From positions 1-57,716 of the IMG/VR virus record IMGVR_UViG_3300044759_000129: a stretch of 57,716 nucleotides of DNA; one strand, given 5' to 3'. A program made the position numbers and the translations under genes. The stretch is from a virus. This document shows positions 1 through 7,928 of this stretch, one piece after another (within the stretch, counting starts at the first letter, position 1; every line of letters starts with the position of its first letter). The notes under the pieces were generated by a model. That model was not told the origin of the DNA, made no database searches, and saw nothing but the letters and a program-made list of their open reading frames with translations.

Positions 1-127
1 GGTGGGGCGGGAACGGCGTCTGGGCAACCGACGAGACGAGACCACAGGGGTCCTCCGGCATAAGGTGCCAGGCTCCGGCCATCATGACCGCACACCCTGG
101 TACTTCCAGCCTACGCCGCCCAGACCT
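1..127. repeat. Terminal direct repeat, copy 1 (identical to 57590..57716); circular-assembly overlap
   Basis: The first 127 nt match the last 127 nt exactly when read by eye. 127 nt equals a common assembler k-mer, so this is most likely a circularisation signature. Confidence 0.9.
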
Positions 128-135
128 AATGTCAA
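108..135 (-). promoter_or_regulatory. Candidate sigma70-like promoter upstream of integrase (TTGACA-N16-TAGGCT)
   Basis: On the minus strand, TTGACA lies at 135..130 and TAGGCT at 113..108. The integrase start is at 57634, which equals position 45 of the repeat copy. Confidence 0.25.
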
Positions 136-162
136 GAACAAGTGTTCTATAGATGGTAGGCA

Positions 163-591
163 CTAGCGGGTGGCCAGGGCGGGCTGGCGCGAGCGGGCCA
201 CCGTCCAGAATGGCCCCTGCCATTCGGCCTCGGGTAGCATCCGGTCATGTCCCGGATGGCCGCCGTTCGAGGCCGGATGGCTGGCGGTTGCGGTCGGGTA
301 TCCGGACGGGGCGGACGGGTGGTCATCGTGAGTCCGCACGTAGGCATCCATGATCCGGATGGCTTCAGCCACCGTGACGGGCCGTTCCTCCTCTCCATAA
401 AAGGCGGAGGGCCGCACCCCTAGGACATTCGCAAAGCGCGGGAGCTGGTCACACTCGATCTGCCGAGCACCCCGTTCGTAGTGCGACAGCGCGGACTGTG
501 AGATGTGCAGCATCTCCGCCAATTCCTCCTGACTCAGCCGCCGCTCCCGCCTGATCTCTCGTAGCCGGTCACCTACCCGCTGGGCCGTCAT
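163..591 (-). CDS. XRE-family HTH repressor (cI-like)
   Basis: Internal ATG at 591 of ORF 163..636, preceded by GGAGGGA. HTH motif LSQEELAEMLHISQSALSHYERG. Divergent from the cro-like operon. Confidence 0.8.
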   Translation of the reverse strand: MTAQRVGDRLREIRRERRLSQEELAEMLHISQSALSHYERGARQIECDQLPRFANVLGVRPSAFYGEEERPVTVAEAIRIMDAYVRTHDDHPSAPSGYPTATASHPASNGGHPGHDRMLPEAEWQGPFWTVARSRQPALATR

Positions 592-731
592 TCCCTCGTC
601 CCTCCACCTGCTGCGCCATCTGCTTGAGTTTACCACGCAATGACATATTTCCTATGTACGTTTTTAGTACGAACTGTTATAATTCAAGGCCAGCGTGTTA
701 TGATTGCGGCGCTGGAGATTGGAGAGCAGAC
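592..731. promoter_or_regulatory. Divergent promoter/operator region of the lysogeny switch
   Basis: AT-rich gap between divergent HTH genes. Extended -10 boxes TGTTATAAT (675..683) and TGTTATGAT (696..704) on the plus strand; TGGTAAACT on the minus strand; repeated GTACG. Confidence 0.5.
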
Positions 732-920
732 ATGTCGCTGCTGGACCTCAAGCCGATCACCACCAACCTCGATCGCCGCCAGCTTGCCACCCTCAAGAAG
801 ATCGCGCGGGACCGAAGAATGACCCTCTCCGCGTGCATCCGTGACTTCCTTGAGCGGGGCCTGCACGACTGGCAGCGCGACGAAGCCCGACGTGCCAGCG
901 AGCGAGACGGTGTCGCATGA
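732..920 (+). CDS. Ribbon-helix-helix (CopG/Arc-like) protein
   Basis: Internal ATG of ORF 624..920 with GGAG upstream. Motif NLDRRQLATLKKIARDRRMTLSACIRDFLERGL. Confidence 0.7.
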   Translation: MSLLDLKPITTNLDRRQLATLKKIARDRRMTLSACIRDFLERGLHDWQRDEARRASERDGVA

Positions 921-1219
921 GCACCGTCCACACCCCCGGCGTTGGCGCCAGGCTGCGGGAATTCCGTACCCGCCGGGGCTGGTCCACCCGCAAGCTCGCA
1001 GCGGCACTCGGGATCTCTCAACCGATGATCAGCTACTACGAGCGTGGGCTCAGCAAGATCGACGCGGACTTCCTGCCCCAGATGGCGGATGTCCTGGGCG
1101 TGCAGCCCGGCGCTTTCTACGGGGAGGAAGAGCGGCCGATCAGTGTGGCGGAATTGCTTCGCCGCCTCGAAGAGGCCCTGCGCCAGCAGGATCAGCCCGT
1201 GCAGGAGCAGCCGACATGA
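917..1219 (+). CDS. XRE-family HTH protein (Cro-like), paralog of 163..591
   Basis: Motif WSTRKLAAALGISQPMISYYERG. Shares the tail FYGEEERPxSVAE with the repressor. ATGA overlap with the upstream gene. Confidence 0.8.
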   Translation: MSTVHTPGVGARLREFRTRRGWSTRKLAAALGISQPMISYYERGLSKIDADFLPQMADVLGVQPGAFYGEEERPISVAELLRRLEEALRQQDQPVQEQPT

Positions 1220-1356
1220 CCACCACCGACGTCGACCGCTTGATCAACGAAGCATTGTTGGCCTTGACCCGGGGCGATATGGCGAAGGCCGCCGCCCTCC
1301 TCGACGAAGCCGAGCACCTGATCCTCGAAGAGCAGGAAGAGGGGAAGGCCGCCTGA
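1216..1356 (+). CDS. Hypothetical small acidic protein (46 aa)
   Basis: ATG at 1216 overlaps the upstream stop, in the frame of ORF 841..1356. Confidence 0.4.
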   Translation: MTTTDVDRLINEALLALTRGDMAKAAALLDEAEHLILEEQEEGKAA

Positions 1357-1622
1357 TGGATACCTGGCAACGCTATCTGGCGCACGACCGCGAGAAGCGG
1401 GACATCTGGGACCGTGAACAAACGATCTGGATGGCCGAACAGGAGGACGTCGGGCACGCCACCACCGGCTTCACTGGCGCCGCCTGGGACGCCGTCACCG
1501 GCGATTACGCCGCGTGGCTCTGTGGCCATCGCCTGGGCTGGGCGAAGTCGCCGTCCGCCGCCGAGGACCTCATCCGTGCACAGCTGACCCGCGAGATCGA
1601 CCACCGCACCGTCACAACATGA
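1356..1622 (+). CDS. Hypothetical protein (88 aa)
   Basis: TGATG coupling at 1354..1358, in the frame of ORF 1044..1622. Confidence 0.5.
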   Translation: MDTWQRYLAHDREKRDIWDREQTIWMAEQEDVGHATTGFTGAAWDAVTGDYAAWLCGHRLGWAKSPSAAEDLIRAQLTREIDHRTVTT

Positions 1623-1626
1623 GCAC

Positions 1627-1663
1627 AAAAAAAGCCCCGACTGGTTGGAGCCAGGAGCGGGGC
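1627..1663 (-). terminator. Intrinsic-terminator-like hairpin oriented on the minus strand
   Basis: An A7 run (1627..1633) is followed by the hairpin GCCCCG-A-CTGG / CCAG-GAG-CGGGGC (1634..1663). Read on the minus strand this is a hairpin followed by T7. Confidence 0.4.
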
Positions 1664-1682
1664 GAGAAGGTGAAACACTGAA

Positions 1683-1940
1683 ATGATAGCGCCCACCCGG
1701 ATCCCCGTACCACCGTCCGCCGCGTCCCGCGTCAAATCCGCCGAGACCCACGAGCGCGAGCTCGACCTCGTCGTCGCCGCCCAGGCCTACGCCACCTGCC
1801 TGCGCCTGGCCGAGACCAAGCCCTCGGTCACCAACGAACAGCTCCTGCGCCACGCCGCCCACGTGCGCGGCTTCGCCAGTCAGCAGTACCTCGATTCCCT
1901 GTTCCGCGACATCCGAGACCGCCTGGAGCACCCGTCATGA
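1683..1940 (+). CDS. Hypothetical protein (85 aa)
   Basis: ORF track; ATGA overlap with the next gene. Confidence 0.5.
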   Translation: MIAPTRIPVPPSAASRVKSAETHERELDLVVAAQAYATCLRLAETKPSVTNEQLLRHAAHVRGFASQQYLDSLFRDIRDRLEHPS

Positions 1941-2206
1941 GCACCCGTCACGGAAGGCAGGTCACGCTACTCCTCGGCTCCGAGCTGGTTGCGCGGTTGG
2001 AGCAGGACGCCGAACAGCGTGCAATCCCGAGATCACAACTGGTGGACGAGATTTTGAGCCGCCACTACGGCGTCCCGATGACAAACCACATCCGTCGAAA
2101 GAGCGCCCGTTCGGCCGTTAAGGCCGCACTCCAGCAGGCGACACCCGAACAACTCGTTGCAATCCAGGAACTGCTCAACCTGACGCCGAACGGAGTGGGG
2201 AAATGA
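1937..2206 (+). CDS. Ribbon-helix-helix domain protein
   Basis: Motif VTLLLGSELVARLEQDAEQRAIPRSQLVDEILSRHY. Confidence 0.65.
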   Translation: MSTRHGRQVTLLLGSELVARLEQDAEQRAIPRSQLVDEILSRHYGVPMTNHIRRKSARSAVKAALQQATPEQLVAIQELLNLTPNGVGK

Positions 2207-2421
2207 CCACAGAGCCGCACGACGCCCTGGTCGCCGCCATCGGCGCCCGCCTCGACCTCGGGCAGGAGCTCCGCGCCGCCGACCGGCTGCCCCGCCTCGG
2301 GCAACGGAGCTACGGCTACGAAAGCTGGCTGTTGGCTGCCCGCGAGGAGCTGGCCGCAACCGTGGCCTACGTAAATGCCCTGGCTGCCCGCATTCGGGCC
2401 GAGAAGGGATACCCCGAATGA
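2203..2421 (+). CDS. Hypothetical protein (72 aa)
   Basis: ORF track; ATGA overlaps at both ends. Confidence 0.5.
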   Translation: MTTEPHDALVAAIGARLDLGQELRAADRLPRLGQRSYGYESWLLAAREELAATVAYVNALAARIRAEKGYPE

Positions 2422-2597
2422 AGATCACCGCGAAGGCCTATTGCGACCGCTGCGGCGACGAGATCCTGAGCGACCCCTGTAAGGGCAACGACTCCCCCTG
2501 CCTCGAGGGGAAGGACGGCCGGGCCCACTTCGCCTGCCTCCGCTGGGACCCCTACTGCTGTCGCTGTGGCCCGCGCTGGGCATTGGACCAGCTATGA
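2418..2597 (+). CDS. Small Cys-rich protein (59 aa, CxxC motifs)
   Basis: Hand-translated as MKITAKAYCDRCGDEILSDPCKG...CCRCGPRWALDQL. ATGA coupling at both ends. Below the ORF-track length cutoff. Confidence 0.4.
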   Translation: MKITAKAYCDRCGDEILSDPCKGNDSPCLEGKDGRAHFACLRWDPYCCRCGPRWALDQL

Positions 2598-2707
2598 GCC
2601 TGCTCGTCGCCTACGTCGTCCGCGTGCTGCTGCCCGTCGCCGTCGCCGCCGCCCTCGTGGTCGTCCTCTTGCGGCTCATCGCCCTCGCCTACTTTGGAGG
2701 ATCTTGA
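2594..2707 (+). CDS. Tiny single-pass membrane protein (37 aa)
   Basis: Hand-translated as MSLLVAYVVRVLLPVAVAAALVVVLLRLIALAYFGGS. Coupled starts and stops. Confidence 0.35.
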   Translation: MSLLVAYVVRVLLPVAVAAALVVVLLRLIALAYFGGS

Positions 2708-2883
2708 TGACGGAGTGCGTGCGCTGCCCAGCGCGACCACGACCAACCCCGTGCCACTCCTGCCGGCAGACCGGCCGCTTCCTGGATTTCGTCTGTGCGG
2801 AATGCCTCGGCAATGGCGTCCTCCTCACCTGTTGCAAAGACACCCCAGATGGGAGACCCATCGTTCGGGAGCACGCCTCATGA
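2707..2883 (+). CDS. Small Cys-rich zinc-ribbon-like protein (58 aa)
   Basis: MTECVRCPARPRPTPCHSCRQTGRFLDFVCAECLGNG, in the frame of ORF 2566..2883. Confidence 0.45.
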   Translation: MTECVRCPARPRPTPCHSCRQTGRFLDFVCAECLGNGVLLTCCKDTPDGRPIVREHAS

Positions 2884-3113
2884 AACCACCCAACGTCGAA
2901 GGCCTCGGCCTGCGCATCCTGGAGGCCGAGCAGCACCCCGCCCAGGTCCAGAACCCGAGACAGTCGAGCATTGAGCTCAAGATGTCGGTCAAGGGCGAGC
3001 GGTACTGGGACCTGAAGGCGTACTGCGATCACACCGACCCTGATGACGTGGCCGCTGCCACCGATTGGCTCCGCCAGATGGACGCCCTGCTGCGCCGAAC
3101 GTACCTCTCATGA
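2880..3113 (+). CDS. Hypothetical protein (77 aa)
   Basis: ATGA overlap at 2880, in the frame of ORF 2694..3113. Confidence 0.5.
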   Translation: MKPPNVEGLGLRILEAEQHPAQVQNPRQSSIELKMSVKGERYWDLKAYCDHTDPDDVAAATDWLRQMDALLRRTYLS

Positions 3114-3149
3114 TCCCCGCCAACAAATAAATTTGAAGGAGCGCCACTC

Positions 3150-3827
3150 ATGGCGACCGCTACCCCACGACCCCTCTCCAATGGCACCGTTCCGCAGGGT
3201 GCAACCATCACGATCAGTGCACCCAACTTTGAAACCCTCGCGTGCACCATTCGAGGCACGAGTCCCTATCTCCAGGCCCGCTTCGCCGAAAAAGCCATCG
3301 AGGCCATGAAGGCCAAGATGGCCGCTGGCTCAACCGCAAAGAAGGGGGCGAAGAAAGATCCCCGCGATTTCGACCTGGACTTCCGCCAGGCCCAGCACAT
3401 CAGCACCGAGGGCTGGAACGGGATTCCCGCTTCCGCCTTCCGCAATGCGGCCATCGATGTCTGCCGCATGACGGGCTACCAGATGACCCGGGCCAAGATG
3501 AGCCTGTTTGTCGAGGCCGATGGCTTTGATGCCATCGATGCCACCCCACTCATCCGCCTCGACGCCGCTGCCCCAGAACGAACCGAGATGCCGGTGCGCA
3601 ACAGCACCGGCGTGGTCGATATCCGCGTGCGGCCCATCTGGCGGGAGTGGAGCTGCCAGCTTCGCGTCCGCTACGACGCCGACCAGTTCACCGCCACCGA
3701 CGTCATGAACCTCATCCACCGGGCCGGGATGCAGGTCGGCATTGGGGAAGGGCGCCCCTTCAGTAAGGACTCGAACGGACTGGGCTTCGGCCTGTTCGCG
3801 ATCCAGAACGATGCCGAGGAGGCGTAA
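3150..3827 (+). CDS. Hypothetical early protein (225 aa)
   Basis: ORF track; GAAGGAG SD upstream; non-repetitive globular sequence. I cannot name a family. Confidence 0.7.
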   Translation: MATATPRPLSNGTVPQGATITISAPNFETLACTIRGTSPYLQARFAEKAIEAMKAKMAAGSTAKKGAKKDPRDFDLDFRQAQHISTEGWNGIPASAFRNAAIDVCRMTGYQMTRAKMSLFVEADGFDAIDATPLIRLDAAAPERTEMPVRNSTGVVDIRVRPIWREWSCQLRVRYDADQFTATDVMNLIHRAGMQVGIGEGRPFSKDSNGLGFGLFAIQNDAEEA

Positions 3828-3830
3828 CCC

Positions 3831-4328
3831 ATGGCTGACGTGCAACCAGGGACGATTGCCGGCATTCAAGCGGAGCAGGTGTCAGCTGAGCTCCTGCGCA
3901 TTCGGGAGGCGGGCGGTGTCCTGACACCACCGGCCGTCGTCGAGGCCGCCCGCCCTCCGGAGGCGCCCTTGCATCGAGCGTTCGAGTGGGACGACGGCCG
4001 CGCGGCGGAGCAGTACCGCCTCACACAAGCACGGCGGCTCATCCGCATGGTGATCCTGATCGATCCTCCAAGCGGGCGAACCGTCGCGCAATTCCACCAC
4101 GTCAACGTCCAAGCCGGCGGGCGGCGCTACGAGCCGATCGATTTCGTCGTCGCCACGCCCGACCTCTACGAAGCAGCCACGGGCGAGTTGTTGAGCAAGA
4201 TCAGGGGACTGCAGCACCGCCTCCGTGAGCTCGAAGGCTGGAGCGCCGCCGACCCCGCCCGGCAGCGGCAGCTCCGGCGCGCCGGCAAGGCCTTGCAGGA
4301 GGCCAGCACGGCACTGCAAGAACCGTAG
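3831..4328 (+). CDS. Hypothetical early protein (165 aa)
   Basis: ORF track. The motif FEWDDGRAAEQYRLTQARRLIRMV looks conserved and phage-like, but I cannot name a family. Confidence 0.65.
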   Translation: MADVQPGTIAGIQAEQVSAELLRIREAGGVLTPPAVVEAARPPEAPLHRAFEWDDGRAAEQYRLTQARRLIRMVILIDPPSGRTVAQFHHVNVQAGGRRYEPIDFVVATPDLYEAATGELLSKIRGLQHRLRELEGWSAADPARQRQLRRAGKALQEASTALQEP

Positions 4329-4890
4329 GCATGGCAGGCACGGCAACCCATGGCGAGGCATGCCTTGGCGCGGCGCGCGTGGCACGGCATGGCAGGCGAG
4401 GCGTGGATGGCACGGACCGGGAGGCACGGCTGGGCAAGGACCGGCCGGGCGCGGCGGGGATGAGGCATGGCATGGCAGGCGTGGCTTGCCGTGGCGTGGA
4501 CAGGACGGGCGAGGCGAGAGATTGGCGTGGCAAGGCAGGCATGGCATGGCCAGACCTGGCATGGCATGGCCGGGCGAGGCCGGGATAGGCAAGGCAGGCG
4601 TGGCTGGGCCTGGAAGGCCGGGCGAGGCGTGGCCTGGATTGGCAAGGCAGGCGAGGCCCGACGAGGCTGGGTGAGGCACGACGAGGCTCGACGCGACGAG
4701 GACCGGCATGGCAGGCGAGGCATGGCATGACCTGGCGGGACCTGGTTGGCACGCACCGGCGAGACGAGGCAAGGCGCGGCAGGCGGAGCGAGGAACGGCA
4801 GGGCCAGGCGGCGCAGGGCCAGGCGCGGCAGGCAAGGCGCGGATGGCATGGCCAGGCGCGGGTGGCACGGCAAGACGCGGCAAGGCATGA
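4329..4890 (+). repeat. Degenerate pentanucleotide (GGCNN)n tract, G-rich on the plus strand, non-coding
   Basis: Stepping 5 nt at a time gives GGCAT GGCAG GCACG and so on for more than 100 units. The core GGCATGGCA recurs. All six frames are open and encode only low-complexity peptides. Confidence 0.85.
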
Positions 4891-4916
4891 CAACAACGAG
4901 ACAAGGAGCACCCCAC

Positions 4917-5795
4917 ATGAGCACCGATATCGCGGTCCGATCCGTCGACCCGCCCGTCGGGCACGGGTTCAGCCACCAGAAGCGCGACCTCCTCAAAGCA
5001 ACCTATGCGCGCGGCACCAGCGACGACGAATTCGCCCTGTTCGTCGCCGTGTGCAATCGCACCGGCCTCGACCCCTTCTCCCGCCAGATTTACGCCATCC
5101 GCCGCTGGGACGCCCGCGAAGGGCGCGAGGTCATGACCATCCAGGTATCCATCGACGGCCTCCGCCTCCAGGCCGAGCGCTCCGGCAAGTACGAAGGCCA
5201 GACGTCCGTCATGTGGTGCGGTCCCGACGGCCAGTGGACCGACGTCTGGCTGCAGGACGACCCACCCGCAGCAGCGAAAGTCGGGGTGTACAAGACGGGT
5301 CACCGCGAGCCCACCTATGCCGTCGCCACCTATCGCAGCTACTGCCAGACCAAGAAGGGCGGCGGCCCCACCGTCATGTGGGGCAACATGCCCGACATCC
5401 TCCTCGCCAAGTGCGCCGAGGCCCTGGCCATTCGGAAGGTGTTCCCCGCCGAGACCAGCGGGTTGTACACCGGGGATGAGATGGCGCAGGCCGACAACGA
5501 GGTCATCCGCCAGGTCCTACCCGCCAGGTCCGAACCGATCGACACGGGCGACTCGGGTGAGATTCCCTTCGACGATTCCGACCCACCCGCACTCGATCCG
5601 CACCGCGTCGTGGCCTACAACCAGCTCATCCGCCGCGCCCTCATGGCCAACAACGCCGCCAACGTGGCAGGCCGCCCCGAACCCATTGACCTGGCCGCGT
5701 GGGAGATCCTGGCGGGTACGACGCTCGAGCAGTTGAACGACAAGGGCGCGCGGCTCAAGGCGAAGCTGCAGGAGATCGAAGCCGTCAGCGTCTAG
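4917..5795 (+). CDS. recT: RecT-family single-strand annealing recombinase
   Basis: AAGGAG SD plus ATG at 4917. Motifs [22 protein letters not shown] and [18 protein letters not shown]. Confidence 0.85.
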   Translation: MSTDIAVRSVDPPVGHGFSHQKRDLLKATYARGTSDDEFALFVAVCNRTGLDPFSRQIYAIRRWDAREGREVMTIQVSIDGLRLQAERSGKYEGQTSVMWCGPDGQWTDVWLQDDPPAAAKVGVYKTGHREPTYAVATYRSYCQTKKGGGPTVMWGNMPDILLAKCAEALAIRKVFPAETSGLYTGDEMAQADNEVIRQVLPARSEPIDTGDSGEIPFDDSDPPALDPHRVVAYNQLIRRALMANNAANVAGRPEPIDLAAWEILAGTTLEQLNDKGARLKAKLQEIEAVSV

Positions 5796-5806
5796 CACCA
5801 CATCTG

Positions 5807-5833
5807 GCCGGGCCCGCGCGCCCGGCTTTCTTT
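5807..5833 (+). terminator. Rho-independent terminator after recT
   Basis: Hairpin GCCGGGC-ccgcgc-GCCCGGC followed by TTTCTTT. Confidence 0.6.
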
Positions 5834-5862
5834 ATGTAGGGAATCGGTACAGGGAAGGGCTC

Positions 5863-6210
5863 ATGATCACCCACTTCGGCCCCGACCACCTCTGCCCCGA
5901 CTGCGACGAGGTGTTCATCTACTGGTGGGTCGGCACCCGGGGCGAGACCCGCTGCATGGAAGTGGAGCACTGCCGCCCCCATATGTGTGCCATCAGCCTG
6001 CAGCAGGCCGAGATCAGCAAGACGCGCTGCCCCGACTGTCGGCTCTCTGTCTATCAGTACCAGGACCAGCTCTACGACGAGGACGCCGCGCTGGTCCGCC
6101 ACCAGTGTGAACGCGCCAGCCAGCAGCAGCCAGCAGCCGTCCGCCCGCCCCCCGTCAAGGTGGCGCCCGTGCCCGCGCGACCCCTGCCCCCGCACGTTCC
6201 CACTCTCTAG
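5863..6210 (+). CDS. Cys/His-rich hypothetical protein (115 aa)
   Basis: ORF track; CPDCD...CRPHMC...CPDC motifs. Confidence 0.55.
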   Translation: MITHFGPDHLCPDCDEVFIYWWVGTRGETRCMEVEHCRPHMCAISLQQAEISKTRCPDCRLSVYQYQDQLYDEDAALVRHQCERASQQQPAAVRPPPVKVAPVPARPLPPHVPTL

Positions 6211-6224
6211 GTTAGGAAGCCACG

Positions 6225-7586
6225 GTGCAGATTGCCGAGCATAACACGGCCCTCGATGTTACGAAACCGTTTCGCCGGGACGGACTCGGCTTCCGCTACG
6301 CGCCGGTCGACGCCGCCGGGCACACCTACGGTGTCACCTTGAAGGTGGACTACATCCATCGCCGCTCCGACGAGATGACCGGCGAGGTCCTGGTCGAGGC
6401 CGACCTCCCCGGCATCCCCGCGCATGTGCATCAGGCCCGGCTCAACCTCACCTCCACCGTCAGCCGCGAGACCCTAGTCAAACATCTGCACCTTAAAACG
6501 AAGGACCGCGTGCCGTGGCGCGAGCTGATCGAGCTCTTCTGCGCCGCGGTGCTGCGCGCCGAGCGCGAGGGGGAGCCCTTCCTGCGCGTGGGCCAGATGC
6601 CCTACGCGGCGGACCCACCCGACCTGGTCAACCTCCTCGTGCCCGACCAGATGATCACCCTGCTCTACGCCGCCGGCGGCGTCGGCAAGGGCTGGATCGC
6701 CACGGCGGCCAGTGTCGCCGTCGAGAACGGCCTCAGCCTCGCCGGGCTCCCGGCCATGCAGCGCGAGACCCTCTACCTCGACTGGGAGGACACGCCGGCC
6801 CGCCTCAACCAGCGCGTGCAGATGGTCACCACCGGCCTGCGGCTCGAGGACTTCAAGCCCCTGCACTACCGCGCCTGTCGCGGGTCCCTGCCGCGCCAGA
6901 TCAACCAGGTGGCGCGCTACGTCACCGAGCACAACATCGGCTTTCTCGTCGTCGACTCGGTCGAGCTGGCCTGTGGCGCCAGCGCAGAACACCGCAGCTA
7001 CGAGGACAAGGCCCAGGAATTTTTCGAAGCGTTGCGCTATCTCGGCCCGATCGCGGTGCTCTGCATCGACCACATCAGCGCCGAGGCATCGCAGAACACC
7101 GGGGGCGCGAACAAAGCGTTCGGCTCCTTTCTCAAGATGGCGTGGGTGCGCTGCGCGTGGGAGGCGCGCAAGGATCAGATGACCGGCGCATCGACGACCC
7201 TGCTCGGCCTCTACAACACCAAGACGAATCACCGGAGCCAGGTGATGCCGCTGGGATTCGCCCTGGACTTTACCGAGAGACAGCAGGTGACCATCACACG
7301 GGCAGACGTCCGCGATTCAGACGAGCTCGTCAAACCCATGCCCACCGCCGAACGGATCGCCGCCGCGCTCTGGCACCGCACCAAGACGGTCAAGGAGATC
7401 GCGGAGGAGTCCGGCCTCAAGGAGGAGGTGGTGCGCACCACGCTCAATCGGGGGAAAGGGAAACGGTTCGAGACCGATCCCGTGGGCCGCTGGGGCCTCA
7501 TCAGCAACTCCCAGTCGAGAGCGCGCGACAACGGGTCAGACGCGAGGCTCGTCCAGCTAGATGACGGTAGCCATGTGTTCTTCTAG
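6225..7586 (+). CDS. RepA-like AAA_25 / RecA-fold replicative helicase-type ATPase
   Basis: GTG start. Walker A LLYAAGGVGKGW, Walker B FLVVDSVE. C-terminal HTH-like TVKEIAEESGL. Confidence 0.8.
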   Translation: MQIAEHNTALDVTKPFRRDGLGFRYAPVDAAGHTYGVTLKVDYIHRRSDEMTGEVLVEADLPGIPAHVHQARLNLTSTVSRETLVKHLHLKTKDRVPWRELIELFCAAVLRAEREGEPFLRVGQMPYAADPPDLVNLLVPDQMITLLYAAGGVGKGWIATAASVAVENGLSLAGLPAMQRETLYLDWEDTPARLNQRVQMVTTGLRLEDFKPLHYRACRGSLPRQINQVARYVTEHNIGFLVVDSVELACGASAEHRSYEDKAQEFFEALRYLGPIAVLCIDHISAEASQNTGGANKAFGSFLKMAWVRCAWEARKDQMTGASTTLLGLYNTKTNHRSQVMPLGFALDFTERQQVTITRADVRDSDELVKPMPTAERIAAALWHRTKTVKEIAEESGLKEEVVRTTLNRGKGKRFETDPVGRWGLISNSQSRARDNGSDARLVQLDDGSHVFF

Positions 7587-7592
7587 CTGTCG

Positions 7593-7730
7593 GCATAACA
7601 CGAGCATAACAGGGGCATAACACGGGGAAATTTCGTGCGTGGGAAGGGGCATAACACGGAGGGTATATATTACATATATACCCCCCTCCATGTTATGCGG
7701 TCCCTTCCTGGCAGACGTTATGTCAGGAGG
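7593..7730. promoter_or_regulatory. GCATAACA repeat array plus AT-rich palindrome (candidate origin or operator/promoter)
   Basis: GCATAACA at 7593, 7604, 7615 and 7649; inverted TGTTATGC at 7691; AT core at 7664..7680. Confidence 0.6.
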
Positions 7731-7739
7731 AACAGCGCT

Positions 7740-7928
7740 ATGTCCACCCTGGTTCCGGAAAAAAAAGAACGTCCTTCTGTCCTGTTCGAGCGGGCCGCTC
7801 ACCGGTGTGATGGCTGTCGGAAGGAGCGCACCGTCTGGAAGATCAGGCTCGGCTATCGCCCGGGCATCTTCCTGTGTGCGGACTGCCTCGTCTGGGCGGC
7901 ACGGCAGCTTACCGAGCAGCCGTCTTGA
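7740..7928 (+). CDS. Small ClpX-type C4 zinc-finger-like protein (62 aa)
   Basis: AGGAGG SD plus ATG at 7740. Motif CDGCRKE...FLCADCLVWAARQL. Confidence 0.55.
   Translation: MSTLVPEKKERPSVLFERAAHRCDGCRKERTVWKIRLGYRPGIFLCADCLVWAARQLTEQPS

Noticed and set aside
1-127. The 127-bp end repeat as a biological direct terminal repeat or att site duplication
   Set aside because: The length equals a standard assembler k-mer, and the repeat cuts through the integrase coding sequence. An assembly circularisation overlap is the simpler reading. It cannot be excluded without reads.
4380-4400. Sigma-54-like TGGCAC elements inside the repeat tract
   Set aside because: TGGCAC is generated repeatedly by the repeat itself, and the required TTGC at the -12 spacing is absent.
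4329-4890. Possible CRISPR array, or protein-coding ORFs (for example 4225..4674, 4331..4588, 4467..4730, and the 473-aa minus ORF 3882..5303) across the GGCNN tract
   Set aside because: There is no repeat-spacer architecture: the unit is 5 nt and degenerate. The ORFs exist in all six frames only because the tract lacks stop codons. Their products are pure low-complexity sequence with no SD-linked starts.
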